Below, piece after piece: positions 52,187 through 64,000 of a stretch of DNA of 64,000 nt. Each line of letters starts with the position of its first letter. The stretch's first letter is position 1. The translations under genes and the position numbers were made by a program. Below the pieces are notes generated by a model. It did no database searches, was not told the origin of the DNA, and saw nothing but the letters and a program-made list of their open reading frames with translations. The DNA is from Lepidodermella squamata (lineage: Eukaryota > Animalia > Gastrotricha), in assembly GCA_047495785.1 (NCBI GenBank), contig JBLDXI010000032.1, forward strand, positions 1,488,001 to 1,552,000. Reading direction: 5' to 3'.

Positions 52187-54292
52187 TCAAAACACTGAGC
52201 ACGTATCTAACGGATTCATCCTACTTCCGAGCGGGCATTTGAACGTTCTAGCAAAATCCGAGCTGTGAGAAAGAGGTCCATTTACCCTGACAGGCGGAGG
52301 CGAGTGAGACAGATATAACGTCAAATTCTCGGATTTCTCCACGCAGTGATGCTGAGCGTAAGAAATAAAGAATAGCTGCTCCTCAGCCCGCGTTGCATTC
52401 CGACCGACTTTACTGAAATGGTCATCACTGAAAAATTCGAAAGCTAGAGGCAGGCTAATAATATCAGCTACATCTTCGTAGGATGTTTCGTTGCGTTCTA
52501 GTTTCAAGCTATATCGATCTCCAAGGCGCTGAAAAAAATCGGCAACACATTGCTTTCTCCCGACGAGAAATTTGTCGAATTCAAGAGCATCAGAGTTGCG
52601 ATGGATGCAATCAAATATGTGGCCAAGTTCGTGGAACATTATCTGGACCATTATTCCGTAATTGATAGCATCAGGAAAGGATTTATCGTAGATAGGAGCT
52701 GTCAAAAGAGTTGACAGGAAAGTAACTGTTTTGATGCGATATTCCTCGTAAATAGCGTTAACACTAAATGGATTGAAAACTTCCCAACCGGTTCCGCCAA
52801 AGTATACCTTTTTCAGCTTCAGACCCAACGAGAATGCAATAGCATTAGAAAGATTTTCCAAATAGCTTTCCCTGTTCACTGTCAATGACTCGTAAAATGC
52901 GTCAAGTTTGGACTCAATGGTCGCCCAATCTGGGGGCCAAACTTCGATTGACAAGCCATCGAGTTCACCTCGAACGGCCGCTTTCACCTCCGGGGTGAAT
53001 TTGCTCGAAGCAAGCATTCTCTCGCCGAACCTTTCCGCAGCCTCTGTTGCTGTTTCTTTGATTATGCTAGGCACTTCAGCGTCTATGAATTTTCTTCGGT
53101 ACATCGAAGCTACTGCAAATGGCATAATTCGCCCTATTTCATTGAGGCAACGCTCTTTGGGTAAATCCACCTCCAACCTCCGATAGTGGTCGAAAATTGA
53201 AGCGAAAACGAGATAATTTTGCAGTGTAGTTTGGCCACGTTCGGTCTGTAACATTTCGTCAATAGTCTTGCACGTATGAATCAGATATCCACACATATCC
53301 GGTGAGGTAGTTAGGGGAATGCTCCTCAGACGAACTCCGACTCCGGATGAGATAGTGAAGAGTATTTCGCGCCAATTCAATATCGGGCAGCATCCGTTCA
53401 AATCGTCAACGCTCAGCGTTATTGTGTAGTTCTCAGACTCACCAGCGTCAATATTAGCCATAAGCCATGTGAAATTTATCACTTGATCTATTTCTTCTTC
53501 AGTTGGTCCATTGAGATCGAGGGAAATATCCATCAACGTGTCCTTGCTCTCAGCTATTGCATGACTTCCCTTGTCTAGTACCTTGAGCAAAGTAGAGTCT
53601 GAAGATAACGGGATAGATATGATATTATCCAGACTATACTTCAAGAGTATGAGGAATAAGGATTGGAATGACTCAGCATCGACTATATTTTCATATTCAA
53701 AGCCACCCATGGATGACACAACATTTTTGAAGTAGAGCATGGCGTTTTCTCTTGAAGTGGCTTGAGAACACGCGTGGTAATAATCTTTGACTTTCCGATC
53801 GGTCAGCCATTGAAATTCAACACTCTCAGATTCCGCTGAGTCGAGAAACCGCTGGAAGTATCTCCGCGCCTTGAATGCATCGATATTGTCGATTTCGACA
53901 GGTAGTCCACCGCGCTGGTTGGTTTGAAAATTACCGCAAGCGTATTCGTAAAAATCTTCACAGGGATCAGCGGATAAATCGATGCTCTCGAACATTTTAT
54001 GAACACGATTGACACAAGTCTTCGTGCCGCACTTGTCGATGACAGCTTTTTCGGTGAGAATTAGGATTGGCATCTTATCGAAATGAACTTCTCTGGTGGC
54101 GGCAAAGAGCGAAATAGCGAAGAAGCTTATAACAGAAATTATAAGTAAACTTGCTCCAGCAAACAGGAACACAAGGGTTTTCCCTACAGATTTTACTAAA
54201 GATACTAAAAAGATGATTTTCTATATTATCTTACCACGAGATGTGTTGATGGCCCTGTTTTTGCCCCGGTTGAGCCCGGTTTCCCTGCGCAT
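52187..54292 (-). CDS. M13/neprilysin-like metallopeptidase 4, catalytic motifs intact
   Basis: ADPCEDFYEYACG, VNAIY, FHELGH, YEDVAD and SHSPPPVR. First exon MRRETGL... is followed by one phase-1 intron before the TM. Confidence 0.92.
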
Positions 54293-54644
54293 TGCGTATT
54301 CCTAAGAACAGCTCAGTTTCACTTGATTTTGTGTTTGTTTTCATCGTTTTTCATCTCTCGAAGGTGGCATGCTGGGGTGACGTATCACATTACATTTAAT
54401 TGGCTCAACATCCATCGACTGCAAGGTACCCATGTTTTGCTAATGACTATGTGATTCATCCAGGGAAAGTTGTACCGAGCAGATAATTTGTACGCAAATG
54501 ATCCTCATAAAAAATCAAAAGCAGGGAACGTAATAGAAACATTGTTTCTGTAGATGAGCCCCCGTGATTGCGTGGCCGACACCTTGAGTTTGGCACCTTG
54601 AGCGCTGCAAATTATCTCAGCACAACACAAAACACAATGATTCA

Positions 54645-55490
54645 ATGAGTTATCAAGTACAAATGGTTAAACTAATGTTTAATTTGAACTTATTGGTTAC
54701 ACTGCTGATTTGCCTTTTCCCTTATTGCAAAGGATGCCCAGCGACCTCTAACGCTGTTGGAATAACAACGACCACTTGCGTTCCAGCTCCAGCCTGTCCG
54801 ACGGGTCAAAGCTGTAGAGCCGCGGGGATAACTTGTACTCCAGGACAGGGCTGCTACAACCCAGCTAGTCCATGCGGAGCGTTTTCGGCGTGTCAAGCAT
54901 CCGCGCCTCCTCCGGCAGCCGGGGTAACACAACTGATAGTTTAGGTCTGTTAAAACTTATTTTCCCACCTTAGAGCGGCTTTGTGATGTGCTCCAGGAGT
55001 GCTATAGCTCCAGCTACAGCGCCTGTCGTAAGATACTGCACAACTAGCGGCACGTGTATCATCCCTGACGCCGTCGCGAGTGGCTCCTACGGAAGTTTTA
55101 GTGCTTGTTGTGCAGACATGGGCTCAACAGTCGCCTACGAATCATTTGTGTCCGCCGTAACGGGTACAACGATAGGCTATTGCCACAATCGAGTGACAAC
55201 TCCTTACAGAAAATGCGCCACCTCAAGCACCAGCAAGCAGTATTGCGTTCGCCTTCCAGAAACTTGTCAGTTTGGAACAACAGCTTCTGATCCTTATTTT
55301 GGGGCAAGTTTTTAATGTAAAAGCGTATGATATTCAGCTTAAATCCGTGTATTCTCAGGGGCCAAACGCTTTTGCGACATTTCGCGATTGCTGTACTGCT
55401 GTTCCGACAACTGCCCCTGGCCTCAGATATACCTCTTCAACTGCGATTTACGGACTTATAACCGTAGACACTTGCCTAGAAGGACCTTAA
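54645..55490 (+). CDS. Secreted Cys/Thr-rich protein B (3 exons, second intron GC-AG)
   Basis: Exons to 54923, 54974-55303 and 55359-55490. Signal peptide then CPA; aligns with protein A. The start may be at 54663 or 54675. Confidence 0.85.
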
Positions 55491-55544
55491 TAACTGTACA
55501 CTGTATCTGAACTTATTTAAAAGAATCAATTTAATTACAACATT

Positions 55545-56118
55545 TCATCTTGATAAATAGTAGTCGAGAATCAATTCTCTTGTTGATTTGGATCGATGTG
55601 TGGTAGTAATCATAGGCACTACTGGCTGATATAGCTCGTTTAGTTTGACAGCAATCAAATATAGCCCGAAGCAGGATGACGAAATGATCAACAACAGGGT
55701 CAGCGAAACAATGATCATTCTTCGTTGCCAACCTTCAATCAAACGAAAATTTTGGATAAAATTGGGAAAATCTCAAAACATCCTCACTTGGAAGGCCACA
55801 ACTACACGAGATCGCTGTTAACTTTTGAAAGCAAATTTGAAAGCACCATATGAAGAAGTCACATGCCCGCCTGCCAGTTTTCAAAATCGACTCTTTATCG
55901 ATGCATTTCCTCGTAGTTGCGGCTGGCTTTTTGTTATCATCGGAGGCATTTTCACTCTCTCCTTCTTCAATGATGTCCTCGAACTGCACCTTGAATATCT
56001 CCGCTCTCCTGTTGAAGCTTATAGCTTTTTTATTGGTCAATATAGCAAAGGAAATTACTCACCCAACTGCAGGTAGCTGCGGTCTCTGATTTTCAGCGCT
56101 GGTAAGAAGCCACAGCAT
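55545..56118 (-). CDS. Small single-pass (type II-like) membrane protein, 3 exons
   Basis: MLWLLTSAENQRPQLPAVG|RAEIFKVQFEDII...CGLP|SWQRRMIIVSLTLLLIISSSCFGLYLIAV..LSR*. Two GT-AG introns of about 55 bp, phase-consistent. Confidence 0.6.
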
Positions 56119-56272
56119 TTTATGAAGAAAGCTAATAGAATATCGCACTGACTGAGCAATAACATTGGTGTTGTATTTTTTCACTGCCCCTAGATGCGAT
56201 TTGCCCGAGTGCCATTCGATCTAGCACCGAAACATAATGCATCATAATACGTGAAAAAACCGCTTTTATTAT

Positions 56273-58459
56273 TTACCACAAAACACATTTACTTGTTGGA
56301 TTCATAGGCGTGTTAGCAGGGCAAGAAAACGCCCGCGCAAAATCACGGCTGTTAATAACAGGCCCCATCGCTCTAAATGATTTCGAACTATGAGCCGGCG
56401 TTAGCACAAAATTCGGCGAGCAAAACATTTGCGCATAAGCTACAAAAAACATTTGATCAAGCAATTTTGAAGACTTCAACCCATTGGATTCCAAGTCCTC
56501 AACAAAGGCCTGATAAGCCAACTGAACACCCGAGTTGTCGCCAATGTTCTCGTGGACAGTTTGATTTATCGGTAAAGAGCAATTGTAAAGTTTTCCTAAA
56601 TCGCCGTAAGACTTCATAAAACATTCATTCCGCGATACCAGGAACGGATCATGGTCATCTGAGACGAGTTTGCTGAATATGTGGCTCAGTTCGTGACCGA
56701 ATACCACTCCGATTTTCCCATAATTGATGAACGATGTTTTCGTTTCGCTCGACAGATCAACATACATAGGCGGCAGCATTAACGGAAGAGAGAAGCGAAT
56801 GGTATTTGTAGCACTGTTGTAAATTGCATTCATCTCAAGCGGCCTCATGCTGTTGATGTAAACATCACTGCCTCCATACGCGTGCTCTAGAAGGAGACGA
56901 AATCTGAAGTTCTCAGAATTGTGTTGATTTTCCAAGCGACTTGTTTTTCCAACTATTAGACTCGAATAAAATTGATCTAATTCCGATTTGGATATTGCCC
57001 ATTCTGGTAGGCCTATTTCCACCCGAACTTGATCTACAAGTTCCTTCAGCTTCATCTGTGTGGTCCGGTCAAATTTGGTCGATTCCATCACTCGAAGACC
57101 GAAGACTTTCTTCAAATGCCGAGCAATTTGAGTCATATCACTGATAGCACTTTGAGGGAACCATTTTCGGCGGAATAGCGACGCAACAGCTAACGGCATA
57201 GCCTTAGAAACAGCATCCAAACAATCCGAAACATAAGCTTGAGGACTGTCCTCTCTATCAGGTAGCATTTTAGCAGCCGAAAACACGGCCTTCAGCACCA
57301 ATAAATCATGAAGTATTTGTCGACCTTTCAGTGATTGAGAGGTTGCCTCCACCAGTTTGCAAGTTGCGTTCAAAATCGAGCAGTGATCACGGTTCATTCG
57401 TAAAGTCTTCAGTTGGCTCTTGTAACCGACGTGATTCACCAGAGCAGCGACGAGGGCTGTCCAGTTGAGAAGCGGGCAACACAGATCCGCATCAGAAATC
57501 GGTGCCTCCGTATAAACAATGTATTCATCAGTTTTCGCATCCGAAAGTTCGTTGAAAAGCAACTCAAGTTTCACGATTTCAGTTACCCTTTCGTAGGAAG
57601 GCCCACCTAGCATTTCGGACAGCTTGTGAAGTTCTTTGGTGTATCTCTCCAAGTCTCTTAGATCTGCGTTCTGCTGAATCCCTCGTATGGTTACTCCTAT
57701 CCTGTTGCCATCGTATTGCTGCCGGAATCGGATGATATTGTCGCGACTGTAAAAGAGTAACCTCTCCATTTCTTCTTGGAAAGATGCCGGATTCTGAGGG
57801 TTGAAACCTCCCAACTTCGCAACCATTTTCTTCAGGTAGGGAACGTTACTCGTAAATGCAGATGAAGCCAAACAGGTTTCATACAGGTCCCTCAGCTTTT
57901 TGTCCGTCTCCCAAGTGAAAGTTGACCTTTCCTCTAAAAGTTTAATTTGTTAAGATGGATCGATTCGTTTGGAAACTTACTCAGAATGCTCGTGAAGACT
58001 TCTTTCCCGCTCAAATCCGCAACAAACACGTTAGGATCGTTCTCGCAGGCAAGTTTTTCCTTGGCAAGCATCGGGTCATTCCCGCATGAAAACTGGTAGA
58101 AATCAACGCAAGGATCCACTGAAGTGTTGAGGAATGCTTCGACGGAATCTCTCATATAACTCCTACACTTCTGGCTATCGCATAATTCCACTACGGAAAT
58201 TTCACTGACTGATTGCTGACGGATGATTATAGGAGTGTCGTTGAAGACCAGTCTGATGACGAGAAGGCCCAGAATTGCCAGAATTACTAATCCGAAAATT
58301 GCGGAACATTTAACACAGCTTCCTGTATAAAATAAAAAACATAAAGCTTAATAAAAAATGAGATCCCCTACTGAAACAAGTTTTCTTTCGATGGACGTTG
58401 TATTCGCCAAGGAAGGCTCGAATGTGCTCCGCATCATGTGACCCCTTTCTGCTAGTCAT
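56273..58459 (-). CDS. M13/neprilysin-like metallopeptidase 5, catalytic motifs intact
   Basis: VDPCVDFYQFSCG, MNAIY, GHELSH, HENIGD and AHSS..FR. Introns 58323-58371 and 57934-57980. Confidence 0.92.
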
Positions 58460-58781
58460 GCTCTGTTTTGGAAAGAAGTCAAAACTTTTAAATTGAGATA
58501 ACGCTACAAAGTCATCTCTCAAAATAGCTAATTAAACAATTAACGTGATTCACGCGTCATTTGCAGCACACTTCATCATCATACCTTTGCTCTTATTGTG
58601 CGACCATTATAAGTCTTGGCATTCAACAAAGCGCAAGTTATTTTTTGCGTCGTTAAACAACAATAATGACCATCGACAATCTGTAAAGTATAGGTAAGCT
58701 CTTCTAAGCCCTATTATTACGCAGTTTTCAAGGTACTTAAACTCCGATGAAACAAGGGGTCAGAAAGAGATTATTGTTTTT

Positions 58782-60047
58782 TTATTCATCACGGGTCATG
58801 AGATTGAAAAAGTGTAAATCAATGCTTATACAAACCGTGGTGACCATAACGCCAATTACCCAGTCCACGAAACGAATAACAGAAAGAGAATATCGGCCGT
58901 TACAGAAAATTAGAAAAACACGCCTCGCCTCAGGCATCCTGGCAATAGGTACAGTGATTAGCGTATAAATCGTTACCAGCAGCCCAATTACAAATTTAAG
59001 CACGACGATTTGAACTAGATAGACTGTTTCTGATGTTTTAGGGATGCTGTTGAAAACCATGGCTAAAATGACGGAATTCGCTAGAACGACTGTTACAGCA
59101 AAGGACGGCCGTTCTGGGCTTCTCGGCGGCATGAATAAGCAAGAAACTTGAAGGACGAAAAGCCCAATAATCGGCAGCATAATGTTATTCGCGTAGTAAT
59201 AGTAATTTCGCCGAAATTTCATGGTAAAAGTCAATCTGCTATAGACGAAAAGCGATTGAATTTGAAGGCTGGCTGTTGCGTTGAAATTAGACTCGATTTT
59301 TTCAGTATCAGCCAACTCCCAGATATCCGTCTCGCCTACAAAGTGATCAACTGCTGATATATCCAGGCCGAAATAGTCGACTGTATAGACTGTGTATTCG
59401 GCAGTTTCATCCGCCTCGACTATTACGTCGCAAGTCAGTTGGTCGAACGGGAATTTCGCGACTGAAAACGCGTAACACGCCGAGTCTATGCGGCCGCAAG
59501 CTCTCCAGTCAGCTGTTCGTTTGAATGGCTTGACGAAAACATGGCCGATCGATTGAGCCTCTAAAGCTCGCGGTTGATCACATCCGTTAAGGTGGGTGAG
59601 TAAAGGATACCACAAGTATTCCTCCTTAATCGCTACAGAATAACTAGCCGCTTTTTCCCGTCGGCAATGCTCCATCGGTAGGTAATTCGAGCAGGTAAAA
59701 TTTGAATTTTGAGTCAAAGACGTAGGACATGGGTACTCCCATTGAAACACCCAGAAGCCGAAGAGAGATAGCCGTTTTTCCAGGTCGTTAACTTCGATGA
59801 AGCGGAACAGGTAGAAAGATACGCCGACTTTGAGGGGTTTTGTGAAATTTGTGGCCAAAACGGTTTCGCTGGCTAGGAATGGCGATTTAGCTAATGGGCA
59901 ATAGGTGAAGAAATCTTCCATGACCCGAGTTGCCAGCGTCGACTGGCCGTCTTTCAAACCAGGTAAAATATTGTGAATAGTCCCCTCACCTTTGGCATCG
60001 ATTGATAAAATTGTACATAATAGACAAATTACTTTTAATCCAAACAT
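58782..60047 (-). CDS. Intronless divergent Cys-loop ligand-gated ion channel subunit (nAChR-like, non-alpha)
   Basis: Signal peptide, LWYP, Cys-loop C..FPFDQLTC, TFTMKFRR before M1, PERPSF..T..L in M2, IPKTS and four TMs. Confidence 0.9.
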   Translation of the reverse strand: MFGLKVICLLCTILSIDAKGEGTIHNILPGLKDGQSTLATRVMEDFFTYCPLAKSPFLASETVLATNFTKPLKVGVSFYLFRFIEVNDLEKRLSLFGFWVFQWEYPCPTSLTQNSNFTCSNYLPMEHCRREKAASYSVAIKEEYLWYPLLTHLNGCDQPRALEAQSIGHVFVKPFKRTADWRACGRIDSACYAFSVAKFPFDQLTCDVIVEADETAEYTVYTVDYFGLDISAVDHFVGETDIWELADTEKIESNFNATASLQIQSLFVYSRLTFTMKFRRNYYYYANNIMLPIIGLFVLQVSCLFMPPRSPERPSFAVTVVLANSVILAMVFNSIPKTSETVYLVQIVVLKFVIGLLVTIYTLITVPIARMPEARRVFLIFCNGRYSLSVIRFVDWVIGVMVTTVCISIDLHFFNLMTRDE

Positions 60048-60356
60048 TTTTTACAAAAAATGATGATGATTTGGCGGCCAGCGAAATCTCCCGTGTTTTT
60101 TCGCACTGAGAATTTGATTTTTTTCTAGGGAAAATTTGAACAGCTGCGGAAGTAGACTAATAACGCGACATAAGATGCGACACTTTTTTCTGGCTAGAAC
60201 ATGTTCTAAACTTGGTTTTATTGCTTTAGAAACGGAATCTGTCAAATACTCAGTGGCACAGAAAAAAAACATGTAAATTCAACGACTATTATAATAGTTG
60301 GCTGATGGGCACAGATTTGATACAAATAATCTGGAGATGAGTGAGAATTAATTATA

Positions 60357-62079
<1,723 letters not shown>

Positions 62080-64000
62080 GCCTTTATTTTATTAAACCGC
62101 GCGCGCGCAATTCAAAACCTTGATTCGGTTATGCAAGTTGAATTTATTAGATAAAACTTTTAAAATGATTCGACTAACGTCGACGAAAATGTGATAACGG
62201 AATTTGCAAAGATGTGCGATGTCCTCGGTATACTGGTTTTCTAGCCACCCTGGTTGCCGCTATCCTCGGCCGATATTAATTTCGTTATTATTATAACCAA
62301 ATGTTTAATCGAGACATCATGCGCGTGACAGCCGTACAGCCATGGGCGACAATTATACGATGAGCGAGCGAGCTTTTATTGTTATCTGTCTTAAAAATCA
62401 ACGTGCGCGACATTTGCGCGCTCGCGCCTACGGGCGTTTGTCATTCGATACCGGGCGCGGTTTTAACACTTTAATCGCCTTAGCAATGACAGCAAGTGTA
62501 TACGCGGTTGCGGTTCAGCCATCTGTAGACGCGCATTTTGGCATATTGGCGTGTGTTTTATTCCCTATAGACGTGGCAAGCATATAGTACCATTTCCACC
62601 ATCTTGCGATAATTGATTTATTTAATTTCAGAAAATATTCCGCGGATTCTCCTCATTTCTCTCTTCAACCGCGTAACCTATAAAATTTTTAAAATATTCG
62701 TGAAAATCATAATTTATGAAAAAATTCGTTTAAATTAAAAAATTAAATTTTAAATATATGCTCGGGAAAATTAAAAAAATCGAGCCAGTTAGGTGTAAAA
62801 TGCTAGTGGTTGAAAATAGATCATTCTGCGTATCGTTTATTTTAAAATAAAATCAAATAACAGCTATAAAAACATTGATAAATGAAATAAGCCACCGAAA
62901 CAAAGAAATAATATCATCATTTTGTCGAGGAAGAAGCGAAAGCTTTATATGATAGGCTCCAAGTTCACAAACAGCGTCGCGGTTTGAAATATTTCGAATT
63001 TACCAGTTGAAAGTGCAGAATGGTGCGTAAAGGCTAAATAAAATAATAATAGAAATATTCAAATTTTTTCAGAAAATTGAAAATAAAAAAATCCACCTTA
63101 ATTTAAATTACTTGTTAAGTTACTTACTCGACACAGGCATCAGCAGCTTTGCAGTTGGTAATGTTGGTAGTTGGCCAGCATCGGCGGTTGAAGCAGACCA
63201 TACAGCTGCCCTCCCAAATCGATCTTTGGCAGTGTTGCAACGCAGTTCTAGGCCACAAAAAGCGTCAATTAAAATCGCTAAAAATATATCAAATCCACTG
63301 GACTTTACTTGACAGTTTCCATACGGCAGTCATATGGCTCCTTTGTGGTGGTCGTCGAGGACTGAGCCTGAGCGAGGTGACCAAGGACGGCGACCAGGAC
63401 GGCGCAAATAAACGCGGCTGAATTATAACAAAAAAATTAGAACATTTTTGCTAGCTGCTTGCTATAGGTCACGCACCAATTGTTACTTTGTACATATTCA
63501 ATACGTTCGCTATCAGTAAATTGCTATATAAGCTATGGTGTCTTTTCGGGTTTCTCGAAGACTTTTCAGGCGAGCAAAATTGACTATGGTCTGATGTGTC
63601 GGCCAGTAATTTGTAGCTGTCTTGTATAACTAAGCTATACAGGCCGCGTATATGCCATCGTATAGCACAGCCCTTTACCTTAATGTCATTTTAATGAGCC
63701 TGCCGGTCGGGTTAATTAAACTGCTACACGAGCACGCGTGAAACACTTTTTTCTCCACCTATATAATTCATCGTTGCTAATGTTGTTTAGTATATGCGCG
63801 TCGCAATTTTTTTTTCTCGGCTGCTTTTAGATCATCACAACATGTGTCGATGCTTTGACACCCGCGGCGGCGCCTGCTCAACAAGTGCTCCGCTATCGAC
63901 AACCATCTACAATAACGACAGCATATTTCGCGCGCTTTTTTTCGCGCTGATTTTGCTGATATTATCTTCTTCAATAGCACTGTCTGTAGTGTATAAAGCT

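Overview
This is gene-dense animal (metazoan) genomic DNA, not prokaryotic. It has spliceosomal introns mostly of 47-65 bp, a replication-type histone H3/H4 pair, a Phox2 homeobox gene, the ciliary gene KATNIP and TTAGGG repeats. I could not identify the species. About 25 genes were reconstructed by hand from splice sites and exon phases. Conserved genes: GT7 beta-1,4-galactosyltransferase-like, H3, H4, RBBP5, KATNIP, NUDT8, initiator tRNA-Met and Phox2. The 35-60 kb stretch is a tightly packed, divergent paralog array: five neprilysin-like M13 peptidases (two lacking zinc ligands), three WDR76/CMR1 paralogs, two paralogous secreted Cys-rich proteins (each immediately 5' of one of the two most similar M13 genes), a small type II membrane protein and an intronless atypical Cys-loop channel. 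Several multi-exon orphan genes are missed or fragmented by the ORF track. Mobile DNA includes a complete tRNA-derived SINE with a target-site duplication and a three-copy MITE family. The best candidates for new biology are the non-canonical 20-nt element shared downstream of both histone stem-loops, the duplicated M13 + Cys-rich protein module, the WDR76 triplet and the Phox2-adjacent orphan channel. No database search was possible, so novelty is unverified.
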